Shown here: piece by piece, positions 48,974 through 58,090 of the stretch
Layout: every line of letters begins with the position of its first letter
How positions within the stretch are numbered: the stretch's first letter is position 1
From: Anaerolineae bacterium
GTDB lineage: Bacteria > Chloroflexota > Anaerolineae > UBA1429
Direction of reading: 5' to 3'
DNA length: 64,000 nt
Assembly: GCA_963675785.1 (NCBI GenBank)
Contig: OY776562.1
Coordinates: 2,784,001-2,848,000, forward strand
Program-made: the position numbers and the translations under genes
The notes under the pieces: generated by a model
What the model was told of the DNA's origin: nothing
Databases searched by the model: none
The model's input: only the letters and a program-made list of their open reading frames with translations

Positions 48974-49219
48974 ATGGCAAAAGACGATCTTCAAGAACTT
49001 GTTGGTACTGCGATCATCAGTAGTCAATTTAGAAGTGAGTTGATCACAAACACAGCGCGAGCTATAGAGGACTTTAACCTCTCTCCTGAAGAGCGTCTGT
49101 TCGTCAGCAATATTCGCGCCAACACATTCCAATCTTTTGCGCAGCAGCTGCATGATTGGATATCTGATGAATCACCTGTGGTCATGCATCGAGTGCCCAC
49201 AGCCATTATTACGCGGTAA
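48974..49219 (+). CDS. 81-aa protein resembling NHLP-leader-like (Os1348/Franean1_4349-type) proteins
   Basis: GAGGAG RBS at 48961-48966; LQELVGTAIISSQFRSELI...FNLSPEER pattern. Confidence 0.65.
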   Translation: MAKDDLQELVGTAIISSQFRSELITNTARAIEDFNLSPEERLFVSNIRANTFQSFAQQLHDWISDESPVVMHRVPTAIITR

Positions 49220-49268
49220 CAGGCACCTGTTGCCTCCTGGCGCTACTAAAGACGCCAAGTCCCTTTTG

Positions 49269-49304
49269 AAGTGCGCCTGACACCCCCCTGTCAGGCGCAC
49301 TTTC
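49269..49304 (+). terminator. Terminator closing the peptide operon
   Basis: AAGTGCGCCTGACA-C6-TGTCAGGCGCACTT. Confidence 0.8.
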
Positions 49305-49322
49305 ATTGTATTCAACGCCTGT

Positions 49323-49351
49323 TTGCCCCTCCCACTTGCCAGCGGTACAAT
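49323..49351 (+). promoter_or_regulatory. Putative sigma-A promoter of tkt
   Basis: TTGCCC-17 bp-TACAAT. Confidence 0.5.
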
Positions 49352-49402
49352 GTTTGAAATAGGGATTCATAGAATCGCTTTGTTAGGATAGGAGCAGCAC
49401 CA

Positions 49403-51403
49403 ATGCCCAAAATCTCATCTGAAACCCGCCGATTGGCTGTTAACACGATCAAGATGCTGGCAGTTGATGGCGTCGAAAAGGCTAATTCAGGCCATCCAGG
49501 TCTCCCCATGGGTGCGGCCGACTATGCCTTTGTTATCTTTGCCGAGTATCTCAAGCATTACCCCAAGGATCCCTCTTGGCCTAACCGCGACCGTTTTATC
49601 CTGTCAGCAGGCCACGGCTCGATGCTTTTGTACTCGCTTCTTCACCTCTCTGGCTATGACCTTCCACTCGAAGAGCTCAAGCGCTTCCGTCAGTACGAAA
49701 GCCTTACCCCCGGTCACCCCGAATACGGTTTGACGGTTGGCGTTGAAACCACCACCGGCCCGTTGGGGCAGGGGTTTTCCAACGGCGTAGGTATGGCTAT
49801 CGCATCCAAGATGTCTGCTGAAAAGTACAACACCACCGAGACGATCGTCGATCACTATATCTATGGTATCGTCAGCGATGGCGATCTGATGGAAGGTGTA
49901 AGCTCGGAAGCAGCCTCCCTAGCAGGTCATCTGGGCCTAGGTAACATCATTTACTTTTATGATGACAACCGCATTAGCATCGAGGGTAGCACAGAGCTTG
50001 CCTTTACTGAAGATCGCGGTAAGCGCTTTGAAGCCTATGGCTGGCAAGTGCTTTACATCAACGGTCATGACGCTGAGCAAGCCGCCAAGGCCATCGAAGA
50101 AGCAAAGGCCGAACCTAACCGCCCGACATTGGTTGTAGCCCGCACACATATTGGCAAGGGCAGCCCACATAAAGTTGATTCGGCCGAAGTGCACGGCGCC
50201 CCGCTTGGTGCCGAGGAAGTTTCTGCGACCAAAAAGGCCCTCGGTTGGCCAGAAGAACCGACCTTTTATGTGCCCGATGAAGTTCGCGAGCTCTTTGCCG
50301 CACGGCAAAAGGAACTCGAAGAGACCTACGATGAATGGCAGGTCACATTGTCTCGTTGGGAAAAGGCCAATCCTGAATTAGCTGCCCAGCGAAAAGCAGC
50401 CATGAACAAGGTTCTCCCGGATGATCTAGAAGAGCAATTGCTCTCCACACTCTCTGGCAAACCTGACGCCACCCGCCGTATTTCCGGTCAAGTCATCCAA
50501 AAAATACATGAGCTTTTGCCCTATTTTGTGGGCGGTTCGGCAGACCTGGCTCCCTCAACATCGACCCTTATCAAGCAGGCTGAGGATATTGGCCCTGGCC
50601 ATTTTAACGGACATAATTTCCATTTCGGTGTACGCGAACATGCCATGGGTTCGATTCTCAACGGCATTGCTTTGTATGGTGGCTTTATCCCCTTTGGGGC
50701 TACCTTCCTTGTATTTGCCGATTATATGCGACCACCCGTTCGCCTATCCAATATCATGGGCGTGCAGGTTGTGTATGTCTGGACGCATGACAGTATCTTT
50801 GTGGGCGAGGACGGCCCTACACACGAGCCGGTAGAACAAGTCGCCTCGTTGCGCTTGATCCCAGGCATGAAGGTCATCCGCCCGGCGGACGGTCCCGAAG
50901 TGGCTGCTTCTTGGGCCTATGCCCTGCGCCATCAGGATGGCCCAACGGCTTTGATCCTAACCCGCCAGGGTGTACCCAACATCAAACGGCAGAGCGATTT
51001 CTGCTTCAAGGCTTTTAACAAGGGCGCTTACATCGTCGCCGAAACAGCTAACAAAGAGCCCGATGTGGTTATCGTTGCCACCGGTTCCGAACTCCAGTTC
51101 GCTGTGGACGCAGTCGAGCCACTTGAAGCAGCAGGCTATGCCGTACGCGTTATCTCGATGCCCTGCAGAGAGCTTTACGAAGCGCAAGACTGTGCCTGGA
51201 AGGATGCCCTCATCCCCGATTCGGCCCGCAAGGTCGTCGTCGAAGCGGGAACCAAGTTCGGATGGGGTGATATCGTCGGCAAAAAGGCTCTCTTTATCAC
51301 TCAGGATGAATATGGCAAGTCTGGCCCGTACAAGACATTGATGGAAGAAATGGGCTTTACCAGTGAAAAGGTTGCCAAGCGTATTCTTGCCTGGCTCCAG
51401 TAA
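49403..51403 (+). CDS. tkt: Transketolase
   Basis: SGHPG, RDRFILSAGH, TTGPLGQG, SDGDLMEG, THDSIFVGEDGPTH. Confidence 0.98.
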   Translation: MPKISSETRRLAVNTIKMLAVDGVEKANSGHPGLPMGAADYAFVIFAEYLKHYPKDPSWPNRDRFILSAGHGSMLLYSLLHLSGYDLPLEELKRFRQYESLTPGHPEYGLTVGVETTTGPLGQGFSNGVGMAIASKMSAEKYNTTETIVDHYIYGIVSDGDLMEGVSSEAASLAGHLGLGNIIYFYDDNRISIEGSTELAFTEDRGKRFEAYGWQVLYINGHDAEQAAKAIEEAKAEPNRPTLVVARTHIGKGSPHKVDSAEVHGAPLGAEEVSATKKALGWPEEPTFYVPDEVRELFAARQKELEETYDEWQVTLSRWEKANPELAAQRKAAMNKVLPDDLEEQLLSTLSGKPDATRRISGQVIQKIHELLPYFVGGSADLAPSTSTLIKQAEDIGPGHFNGHNFHFGVREHAMGSILNGIALYGGFIPFGATFLVFADYMRPPVRLSNIMGVQVVYVWTHDSIFVGEDGPTHEPVEQVASLRLIPGMKVIRPADGPEVAASWAYALRHQDGPTALILTRQGVPNIKRQSDFCFKAFNKGAYIVAETANKEPDVVIVATGSELQFAVDAVEPLEAAGYAVRVISMPCRELYEAQDCAWKDALIPDSARKVVVEAGTKFGWGDIVGKKALFITQDEYGKSGPYKTLMEEMGFTSEKVAKRILAWLQ

Positions 51404-51409
51404 CATAAA

Positions 51410-51440
51410 CAAAGAGGGGGAGCGATGCTCCCCCTCTTTG
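51410..51440. terminator. Bidirectional terminator
   Basis: CAAAGAGGGGGAGC-GAT-GCTCCCCCTCTTTG between convergent genes. Confidence 0.8.
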
Positions 51441-52709
51441 TTATATATTTGCCTTTTTTATTTTGATCAACATCCTCATCATAGATCCTGTTATAAGCCT
51501 AAGGCCCCCAATTATCCACAAAGCCGCCTGAATACCTACCAAACTAGATATAGCTGTGCCAAGAAGCGGACCAGCAAAAGCACAGATATTATCAATCATG
51601 GCGTTAGCCGCTGCAAAGGTAGGTCTTTGGTCTTGAGGTGAAACGCGATAAAGCGTCTCGGTGAGAAAAATGCTAAATCCCGAGTTAAAAATGCCGCCAG
51701 CCACAGCAGATATTAGTAATTGAGGAGGGTTCACTGCAAGAGCCGTCAGTATTGGATACAACACGGTTGCCACACAAGTCAGCCACAGCCAGCGCCTTAC
51801 ACTCTGTTTGCGTAAGAGCCGGCTCAAGGCTAAATAGCCCAAGGTAGAAAAAAGCTGCTGAACCGTGAGAATGATCCCGATCCAGGCGTCGCTAGCTCCG
51901 ACTTCACGTACCCGGTAGATCGAATAGAGCGCCGCAGGCATCTGAAGGCTGAGTCGAAAGGCGAGAACGAGAATAGCATATTTGCGAAAAGCCGGTGCAT
52001 CCTTGATTAATTGCAACATCCCCTTGAAACCCAGGCTTTGCTTATTCTTTGCTTGGGGAAGGGCCGAGGTAGGAATCTGCAGCTGGCGCATGTTCAGATT
52101 ACCGAGAATCGCTGGCACAATCGCAAAACCAAATAATACAGAGTAATTTATGGGGTAGGGAGCCCAGTCAAGCCACTGACCGGCAAGAAAACCAACGACA
52201 GCCGCGGATAGGCCGTTCACTGCCAGCCGCATCGAGAGCATATTAGCCCGTCGTCTCTCTGTCGTTGCTGCCCCCAGGATCGTCGTCATACTGACATTGC
52301 CTACAGCAGTGGCGCCTGACAGGAGGCTTCGGCCAAAAACCAACAGGTAGGGAGAAATCGCGGCGGAAAGAAAGGGCAATATAGAAAAGGTGCTGATTCC
52401 GATGCGAAAAACCGCTCTTCCACCGTTCACTGCTTTGACCAAGTCACCCTTGCGTTGAATAAAAGCCGCAGCTGGTAATGCAGCAATCGTCATCAACAAT
52501 GCGGGCAGTGATGTGAGTAACCCTACTAACATATCTGAGGAACCCAGACGAACGAGATACACCGAGAGAAAAGCTGTTATCCCGCTTCCAATAATGGCCT
52601 GAATTGCGGCATCGCGATAAAGGATATGTTCATTGTACTCGTCGCGATTCAATAAACGACGAATCCCCCGCAGCTTGAACATTTGCGGTTTTTCAGGCAT
52701 AGGCTCCAC
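51441..52709 (-). CDS. MFS transporter
   Basis: About 12 hydrophobic segments, MFS-like loops. Confidence 0.85.
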   Translation of the reverse strand: MEPMPEKPQMFKLRGIRRLLNRDEYNEHILYRDAAIQAIIGSGITAFLSVYLVRLGSSDMLVGLLTSLPALLMTIAALPAAAFIQRKGDLVKAVNGGRAVFRIGISTFSILPFLSAAISPYLLVFGRSLLSGATAVGNVSMTTILGAATTERRRANMLSMRLAVNGLSAAVVGFLAGQWLDWAPYPINYSVLFGFAIVPAILGNLNMRQLQIPTSALPQAKNKQSLGFKGMLQLIKDAPAFRKYAILVLAFRLSLQMPAALYSIYRVREVGASDAWIGIILTVQQLFSTLGYLALSRLLRKQSVRRWLWLTCVATVLYPILTALAVNPPQLLISAVAGGIFNSGFSIFLTETLYRVSPQDQRPTFAAANAMIDNICAFAGPLLGTAISSLVGIQAALWIIGGLRLITGSMMRMLIKIKKANI

Positions 52710-52901
52710 AGCTGCTTTATCCCCTCTATGAAAGAGACAGCGATTCCCCTCATAGATACTTCACTAAAAATGAAATCCATTCTACCTTGTCAGTCAGGAC
52801 GTCGCAACCTTATAAAGAGGGGGTTATTGATGCTGTAGCTACCGAATGTTAGAATATCTTTCAGACCTATCATCCAACCTGTGCATCTGAGAGGATCTGT
52901 T

Positions 52902-53036
52902 ATGCGTATCTTTTGGAACGTTCTGTTTGCTCTTGTTATCCCTATTGGATGGGGAGTTCTTAGTTCTTGGTTCTTTGATTATTTGAGGACGCGGCGAGGG
53001 AAAAAGCAAGATTGTAACGAAGGGAATAACGTGTAA
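52902..53036 (+). CDS. Unannotated 44-aa single-TM small protein (MRIFWNVLFALVIPIGWGVLSSWFFDYLRTRRGKKQDCNEGNNV)
   Basis: GAGAGG RBS; its TAA overlaps the ATG of the next gene (TAATG). Confidence 0.65.
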   Translation: MRIFWNVLFALVIPIGWGVLSSWFFDYLRTRRGKKQDCNEGNNV

Positions 53037-53929
53037 TGGCTGTTTTCCACGTTACCCCCCTCATTTTTATTGGAGCGCTCGTTTTAGGAAGCGGCATTGG
53101 CGTGCTGACCGGGCTGTTTGGCGTCGGCGGTGGATTTCTCGTCACCCCCTTGCTCAACATTCTGTTGGGGGTACCCATGTCGATTGCAGTAGGCACGGGG
53201 AGTCTGCTTACCCTGGGAACCTCAACTGCGGGGCTGTATCGCCGGCATAAAGAACATCTGGTAGATTACAAGCTGGCAATCGTCATGTTTGGCGGCAATC
53301 TGGTGGGGGTTCGCCTCGGAGATAGCCTATTGCAAAGCCTCAAAGGGCTGGGAGAGATCGCTATTGGCGGCACTTTTTTGGATGCTGTCGATATTATCCC
53401 CAAGTTTGTCTTTATCGTTCTATTGGCAGCCATTACCGGGTGGATTTTGTACGATACTCTGCATAACACGGCGCAAGAGGACGCCCCTGTAACGGGTATT
53501 TTTGGCAAAATTCGTATTCCCCCTTATACCAACTTTGAGACGCTCGACCACCCGCGTATGTCCATCGCCGCCATCTCGTATTTCGGTGTGTTAGTGGGTT
53601 TTCTGACGGGATTGTTAGGTATTGGAGGTGGCGTCATTATGATGCCCGCCCTTTTGTACCTCGTTGGCATGCGACCACATCGATCTTCCGCAACCAGTCT
53701 GGCCATTGTTTTTCTCTCTTCACTAGTAGCTGTCATCTCCAAAGTGCCCCAAGGAGATACCAGTATTCCTCTAGCCATTCCCTTACTGCTTGGCGGAACA
53801 TTTGGCCTACAATTTGGTGTTTCTATCTGTAACAAGACCAGCGGATCGAATCTCAAGAAATATTTTGTTGGCGTCGTCGTAGCTGCGATGGTCGTTGTCA
53901 TCTATAATGTTATTTCGCTCGTCTTTTAG
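53036..53929 (+). CDS. TSUP (TauE/SafE) family permease
   Basis: GLFGVGGGFLVTP and GLLGIGGGVIMMP repeats. Confidence 0.9.
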   Translation: MAVFHVTPLIFIGALVLGSGIGVLTGLFGVGGGFLVTPLLNILLGVPMSIAVGTGSLLTLGTSTAGLYRRHKEHLVDYKLAIVMFGGNLVGVRLGDSLLQSLKGLGEIAIGGTFLDAVDIIPKFVFIVLLAAITGWILYDTLHNTAQEDAPVTGIFGKIRIPPYTNFETLDHPRMSIAAISYFGVLVGFLTGLLGIGGGVIMMPALLYLVGMRPHRSSATSLAIVFLSSLVAVISKVPQGDTSIPLAIPLLLGGTFGLQFGVSICNKTSGSNLKKYFVGVVVAAMVVVIYNVISLVF

Positions 53930-53938
53930 GCGCGAACA

Positions 53939-53976
53939 AAGAAAGCCCCTGCAATAAATTGCAGGGGCTTTCTTTT
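53939..53976. terminator. Bidirectional terminator
   Basis: AAGAAAGCCCCTGCAAT-AA-ATTGCAGGGGCTTTCTT. Confidence 0.8.
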
Positions 53977-55894
53977 AGAGGCCGCGTATATCTGGACCAC
54001 ACGGCGTTTTGAGGACCACACGATTGCCCAGTGATCTTAAGATGTCTTCCACGTCGAGTCGGCAAAGTACACCTCGTGGAAAACAGGCAGAAGGCCAGCT
54101 CACAATGGGAGTTTCTGCCCACTCTTGCCAAGAAGATGGGTAGTCGTTCAAGGTAACCGTCGCAATATCGTCATCCAGAGCTGCGGCCAACATGGCATGA
54201 ATAGCGCCTTGCCCCCTGCCGACAAGGTTCACAGATTCTGCCCCTAACTTGCGCAGCAGGTTCACCGTCACCAACACATCATACACTCGGCGTCCGAGAT
54301 AGCTCTCTGCCAAGAGAATGCCGTGGCCGTGCATCATATAATCCATGCCATAGGGCGCCCAGAAATCGTCATCTTCATCGGGGATAGACTCGCCCAGACC
54401 GCGTACATCCAGCGCATACAGCTCGGTCTCTTGCTGTAATTCGAGCGACCAAGAATTGTCGACTAGGTCAATCTCTGCGGAAAAATGCGGCAGGTATAGT
54501 GTTACCAAGTCCTCTACTTCGAGAACATTGGCATACTGGGGCATGCGCATACACTTGTAAAGCAGCGCCCGAATGTTCCCTTCTGTTTCAATGGCATATC
54601 GACCATAATGCCTGTTCCTCAAGGTAGTGGCCCTGAGGTGACGATATTCTGGAGCAAAGTTGGGACGTGAAACACTGAGCATCTCTGCCAAAACCGCTCG
54701 TATGTTCCCTTCGGGGATAGCAGGACGTTTGGCAGCCAAAGCTTGGGCTTCCTCAGAGATGATCTTATAAATCGGCTTGCTGCCAGCCAATACCACGTTT
54801 CCTTCTGGTGCGGCCCAAAGTTTCTCTACAGGCAAGATTTGTGGGGCATCCAGAAACTCAACATTCTCAATACCAGCGTGCTTGGCAAAAAAGTAAACCA
54901 TCTCGCGCTGATTCTCGTCCCAGTATCCATGAGTGCGCGGGCCGCGAAATCCTGCTGCCGTCCCCTCTGGTGCCCCCATTAGCCGATAGAAATCGACGAT
55001 CTCATCTACGGCCTCTTGATGTCCTCGTGGATCGAAAAAGTCATAGCGTTGTCCCATCACCAAAGCAGGCTTGGGAGCCCCGGCAATGATAAAATCGGCC
55101 ATATCAAGTCCACGGCCGACTACACCATAAGGATACTGCTCAGCATCCGCGGGTATCTCGTTTTCCAAGTTACGTGAAAAGGTAGTTACAAAGCAGGAAG
55201 GCGCTCCCATGGTATAGCGATCATCGAGGGCCCATAGCCAGGTAACCAATGTTCCGCCGCCCGAGTTACCGGTCAGGCCGACACGCGTTGAATCTACCTC
55301 AGGACGCGAAAGCAAATAATCAAGAGCACGAATGCCATCCCAGGCACGCCACGAATGGAACCCGTCATTGAGTAATTCCAATTGCTTGCCCATCATGTTG
55401 TGGGCATGAGTTGGTTGATTCACTAGAGAACGATCCTCTATCTGGATATATTGGTCGCGTTCACCCTGGTTGATGGGGTCAAAAACGAGAACTGCAAAGC
55501 CAGCATGAGCCAGACGCGCACAAAAGCTCTGGTATAGTTGGGAGCTTTTGCCCTCTGGCGAATGGCCACAAGAACCCAGTACGCAAGGTACCTTTTCTGT
55601 TGTCTTGGGAAGATAGAGATCAGCCGAAACGAGAAATCCCGGTCTGCTCTCAAAGAGAATCTTTTCGATAGAATATCTTTCGCCTTCTATTCTGCCCGTT
55701 ACTCTGGCATTGAGCGGCGTGCGTTCGGGGAAGGGACCAAAGGCTTGGCGAATGATCTCTTGAACATGCTTTTGATAGGCGAGAGCGTCCTCGCGGGATG
55801 CCAGAGCACCCAAACGTTCCTTACGCTTTGCAGCCTCGTCGCGAAGACGAGCCACCGTGTGATCGATGACCATGTGTCCATAACCGCTACGCAT
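53975..55894 (-). CDS. Two-domain alpha/beta hydrolase (acetylxylan-esterase-like)
   Basis: FESRPG, CGHS, RALDYLLSRPEVD, TGNSGGG nucleophile elbow; ATG 55894 after GGAGG. Confidence 0.85.
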   Translation of the reverse strand: MRSGYGHMVIDHTVARLRDEAAKRKERLGALASREDALAYQKHVQEIIRQAFGPFPERTPLNARVTGRIEGERYSIEKILFESRPGFLVSADLYLPKTTEKVPCVLGSCGHSPEGKSSQLYQSFCARLAHAGFAVLVFDPINQGERDQYIQIEDRSLVNQPTHAHNMMGKQLELLNDGFHSWRAWDGIRALDYLLSRPEVDSTRVGLTGNSGGGTLVTWLWALDDRYTMGAPSCFVTTFSRNLENEIPADAEQYPYGVVGRGLDMADFIIAGAPKPALVMGQRYDFFDPRGHQEAVDEIVDFYRLMGAPEGTAAGFRGPRTHGYWDENQREMVYFFAKHAGIENVEFLDAPQILPVEKLWAAPEGNVVLAGSKPIYKIISEEAQALAAKRPAIPEGNIRAVLAEMLSVSRPNFAPEYRHLRATTLRNRHYGRYAIETEGNIRALLYKCMRMPQYANVLEVEDLVTLYLPHFSAEIDLVDNSWSLELQQETELYALDVRGLGESIPDEDDDFWAPYGMDYMMHGHGILLAESYLGRRVYDVLVTVNLLRKLGAESVNLVGRGQGAIHAMLAAALDDDIATVTLNDYPSSWQEWAETPIVSWPSACFPRGVLCRLDVEDILRSLGNRVVLKTPCGPDIRGL

Positions 55895-55991
55895 GTTTCC
55901 TCCTGCTCCATCCAAATCAGCGGAACGCTTTTTTATCATATCGCGTTCACTTTATGCTAGAATCATACACCATATTGAAAGAGGGCCCAGT

Positions 55992-56906
55992 TTGAGTTCA
56001 TCCCCCAACACCCCAAAACAAATATCGCGGCGTAGACTCCTGCGGAACGGTGCATATCTTTGCCTTGGAGGTGTGGTTTTTGCCGGAAGCACCACCCTTT
56101 ATATGCGGTATGCTGAGCCTGCTTGGGTAGATGTAACCTTGACTACCGTCCCTCTCCCCAATCTCCCGGCTGCTATGGAGGGATTTCGCATTGCCCTCAT
56201 AGCCGATCTACATTCAGGCCCCTATATGACGACCTCAAGCTTTAGCAAGGCTGTTAGATTGCTGAATGAACAGACCCCAGACCTGGCGATTTTGGCCGGC
56301 GACTTTGTAACATCAGATGCGCACAATATCGATGAATACATCGATCTTTTCAGTCAGATATCGGCCAAACACGGTGTCTATGCTGTTCTGGGAAATCACG
56401 ATGTCTGGACCAATCCCGATTACATTACAGAATTACTGCAATCCGTAGGCATCCGCGTGTTGCAGAACGAACAAGCTATTATTCCCATTAACGACCACGA
56501 GTTGGTACTTACTGGTGTCCTCGATTCGGGCTTTGTAACCCGCGATCGCGCTGATCTTCCCTTGTTCTGGTCATCTACGTTAGAGGGCCTTCCGATGCTG
56601 CCCCCAAAAAGCTCGCAACGTACTAGCCTTTTGATCGTGCATAATCCAGATGTCAACGAGCTTTTGGCCGCTAGCGATGCCATAGACTTGGCACTCTGTG
56701 GTCATACTCACGGCGGGCAGGTTCAGCTACCTTTTGGCCTCGGGCCTATCTATTTGCCCTCATGTATGGGCGCCAAATACGGAGGGGGATTGGTCGACGC
56801 TCCGGCTAGCCCAGTTTACGTAACGCGAGGATTGGGTGTTTCAGGCCCCCCGATTCGTCTGAACTGCCGGCCTGAAGTCGCCATCCTAACCCTTGTACGT
56901 GCTTAG
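55992..56906 (+). CDS. Metallophosphoesterase (YkuE-like)
   Basis: SRRRLL + TM, ADLH, GDF, LGNHD, GHTHGGQ, TRGLG; TTG start at 55992 inferred. Confidence 0.9.
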   Translation: MSSSPNTPKQISRRRLLRNGAYLCLGGVVFAGSTTLYMRYAEPAWVDVTLTTVPLPNLPAAMEGFRIALIADLHSGPYMTTSSFSKAVRLLNEQTPDLAILAGDFVTSDAHNIDEYIDLFSQISAKHGVYAVLGNHDVWTNPDYITELLQSVGIRVLQNEQAIIPINDHELVLTGVLDSGFVTRDRADLPLFWSSTLEGLPMLPPKSSQRTSLLIVHNPDVNELLAASDAIDLALCGHTHGGQVQLPFGLGPIYLPSCMGAKYGGGLVDAPASPVYVTRGLGVSGPPIRLNCRPEVAILTLVRA

Positions 56907-57373
56907 CTGATCTCGTTTAAGAAAGGATCCAACAATGAAAGGATGCGCGTCAGGGGAGCTATATCCTCTTTTGCAAAAGCAGCAACCTCTAATGAATCAA
57001 TATCCAGCACAGCCACCACGCGATCCTCAACAACAAGTGGCAGCACGATCTCGCTCTTGGTTCGAGAATCACAAGCGATATGGCCCGGAAAAGCATGCAC
57101 ATCTGGAACTACTTGGGCACGATTCTCGTGCACACACGCCAGGCATACGCCTTGCCCTTTAAGCACCTGACAGGCCACTAATCCCTGGTAAGGTCCCACG
57201 TATAGCTCATCCCCCTCCAGCAGATAGAATCCCGTCCAAGAGTGATGCTTCATTTTATGATGCAGCACAGCACAGATTGTTGCCATGGCTGCAAGAAGAT
57301 TGGGAGATTTGGCCAATAATCCTTCGAGTTGGGTATATATCCGGTCGTATCGACCTAGACGTTTGTTGTCCAT
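56903..57373 (-). CDS. GAF-domain free methionine-R-sulfoxide reductase (MsrC-like)
   Basis: WTGFY, GPYQGLVAC, GVC, HIACD, SEIVLP, LDIDS. Confidence 0.85.
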   Translation of the reverse strand: MDNKRLGRYDRIYTQLEGLLAKSPNLLAAMATICAVLHHKMKHHSWTGFYLLEGDELYVGPYQGLVACQVLKGQGVCLACVHENRAQVVPDVHAFPGHIACDSRTKSEIVLPLVVEDRVVAVLDIDSLEVAAFAKEDIAPLTRILSLLDPFLNEIS

Positions 57374-57414
57374 GATTTCTTCTCTTTTGATCTTTTTAGG
57401 ACTATAGGTGCACT

Positions 57415-58053
57415 TTATTCAATCCGAGCAACAGGATGGCGCAATACTGTTCTAGTTTTTTCTGGCGCAGTTCTACGCGGATCGGACAAATAGATCTCAT
57501 GATGCTTACGTTCAGTACTGGTCATATCCCTTAGACCCTTTTGGGCCATAAACGCTCGCAGATGCTCAATCGTTGCCGGTTCAGTGGCATAAGGGCCAAT
57601 ATGCATCGTATGAACACAAAGCCCCTCGCAAAAATCCTCCAGCCGAGCCGCCTCAAAATTCAATTCAGAGTTCTTTTTTTTGCTAACTTGCACAGCTTGA
57701 GCGAAAACGTCTTCGGTGACAAACTCTGGTTGGCGTATCATAGAGGTCCAGCGCCAAAACTCGCGCCGCTCAAAGTCGAACGGCCCTCCCTCACACCACC
57801 ACAAGCCCTCCAGCGGGGGAACCACATATTCATAGTATCCCGCGGGTTTCCAGTCTTTCATCTTGCTCATCTTGATGGCATACGTCAAAGCGTAGAGAAC
57901 CTGCATAGCGTCAGAATACTCCCCACTCTCTTCATTGGGATCCCCTTTGCCATCTACCATGATGAATTTCATGATGGGCACATCAATCAGCGTGGGTTCC
58001 TTTGGTGCATAGAGGTCTTTTTCCTTTTTACAGTCCCATTTCACATCAGCCAC
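57415..58053 (-). CDS. GyrI-like small-molecule-binding protein
   Basis: GKGDPN, PPLEGLWW, MHIGPY, HHEIYLSDPRR. Confidence 0.88.
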   Translation of the reverse strand: MADVKWDCKKEKDLYAPKEPTLIDVPIMKFIMVDGKGDPNEESGEYSDAMQVLYALTYAIKMSKMKDWKPAGYYEYVVPPLEGLWWCEGGPFDFERREFWRWTSMIRQPEFVTEDVFAQAVQVSKKKNSELNFEAARLEDFCEGLCVHTMHIGPYATEPATIEHLRAFMAQKGLRDMTSTERKHHEIYLSDPRRTAPEKTRTVLRHPVARIE

Positions 58054-58090
58054 GCAAACCTCCTAATACTTTTTTAGCCATGGATACGCC

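Noticed and set aside
51512-51520. Perfect DnaA box TTATCCACA
   Set aside because: Isolated and inside the MFS coding sequence; compatible with chance.
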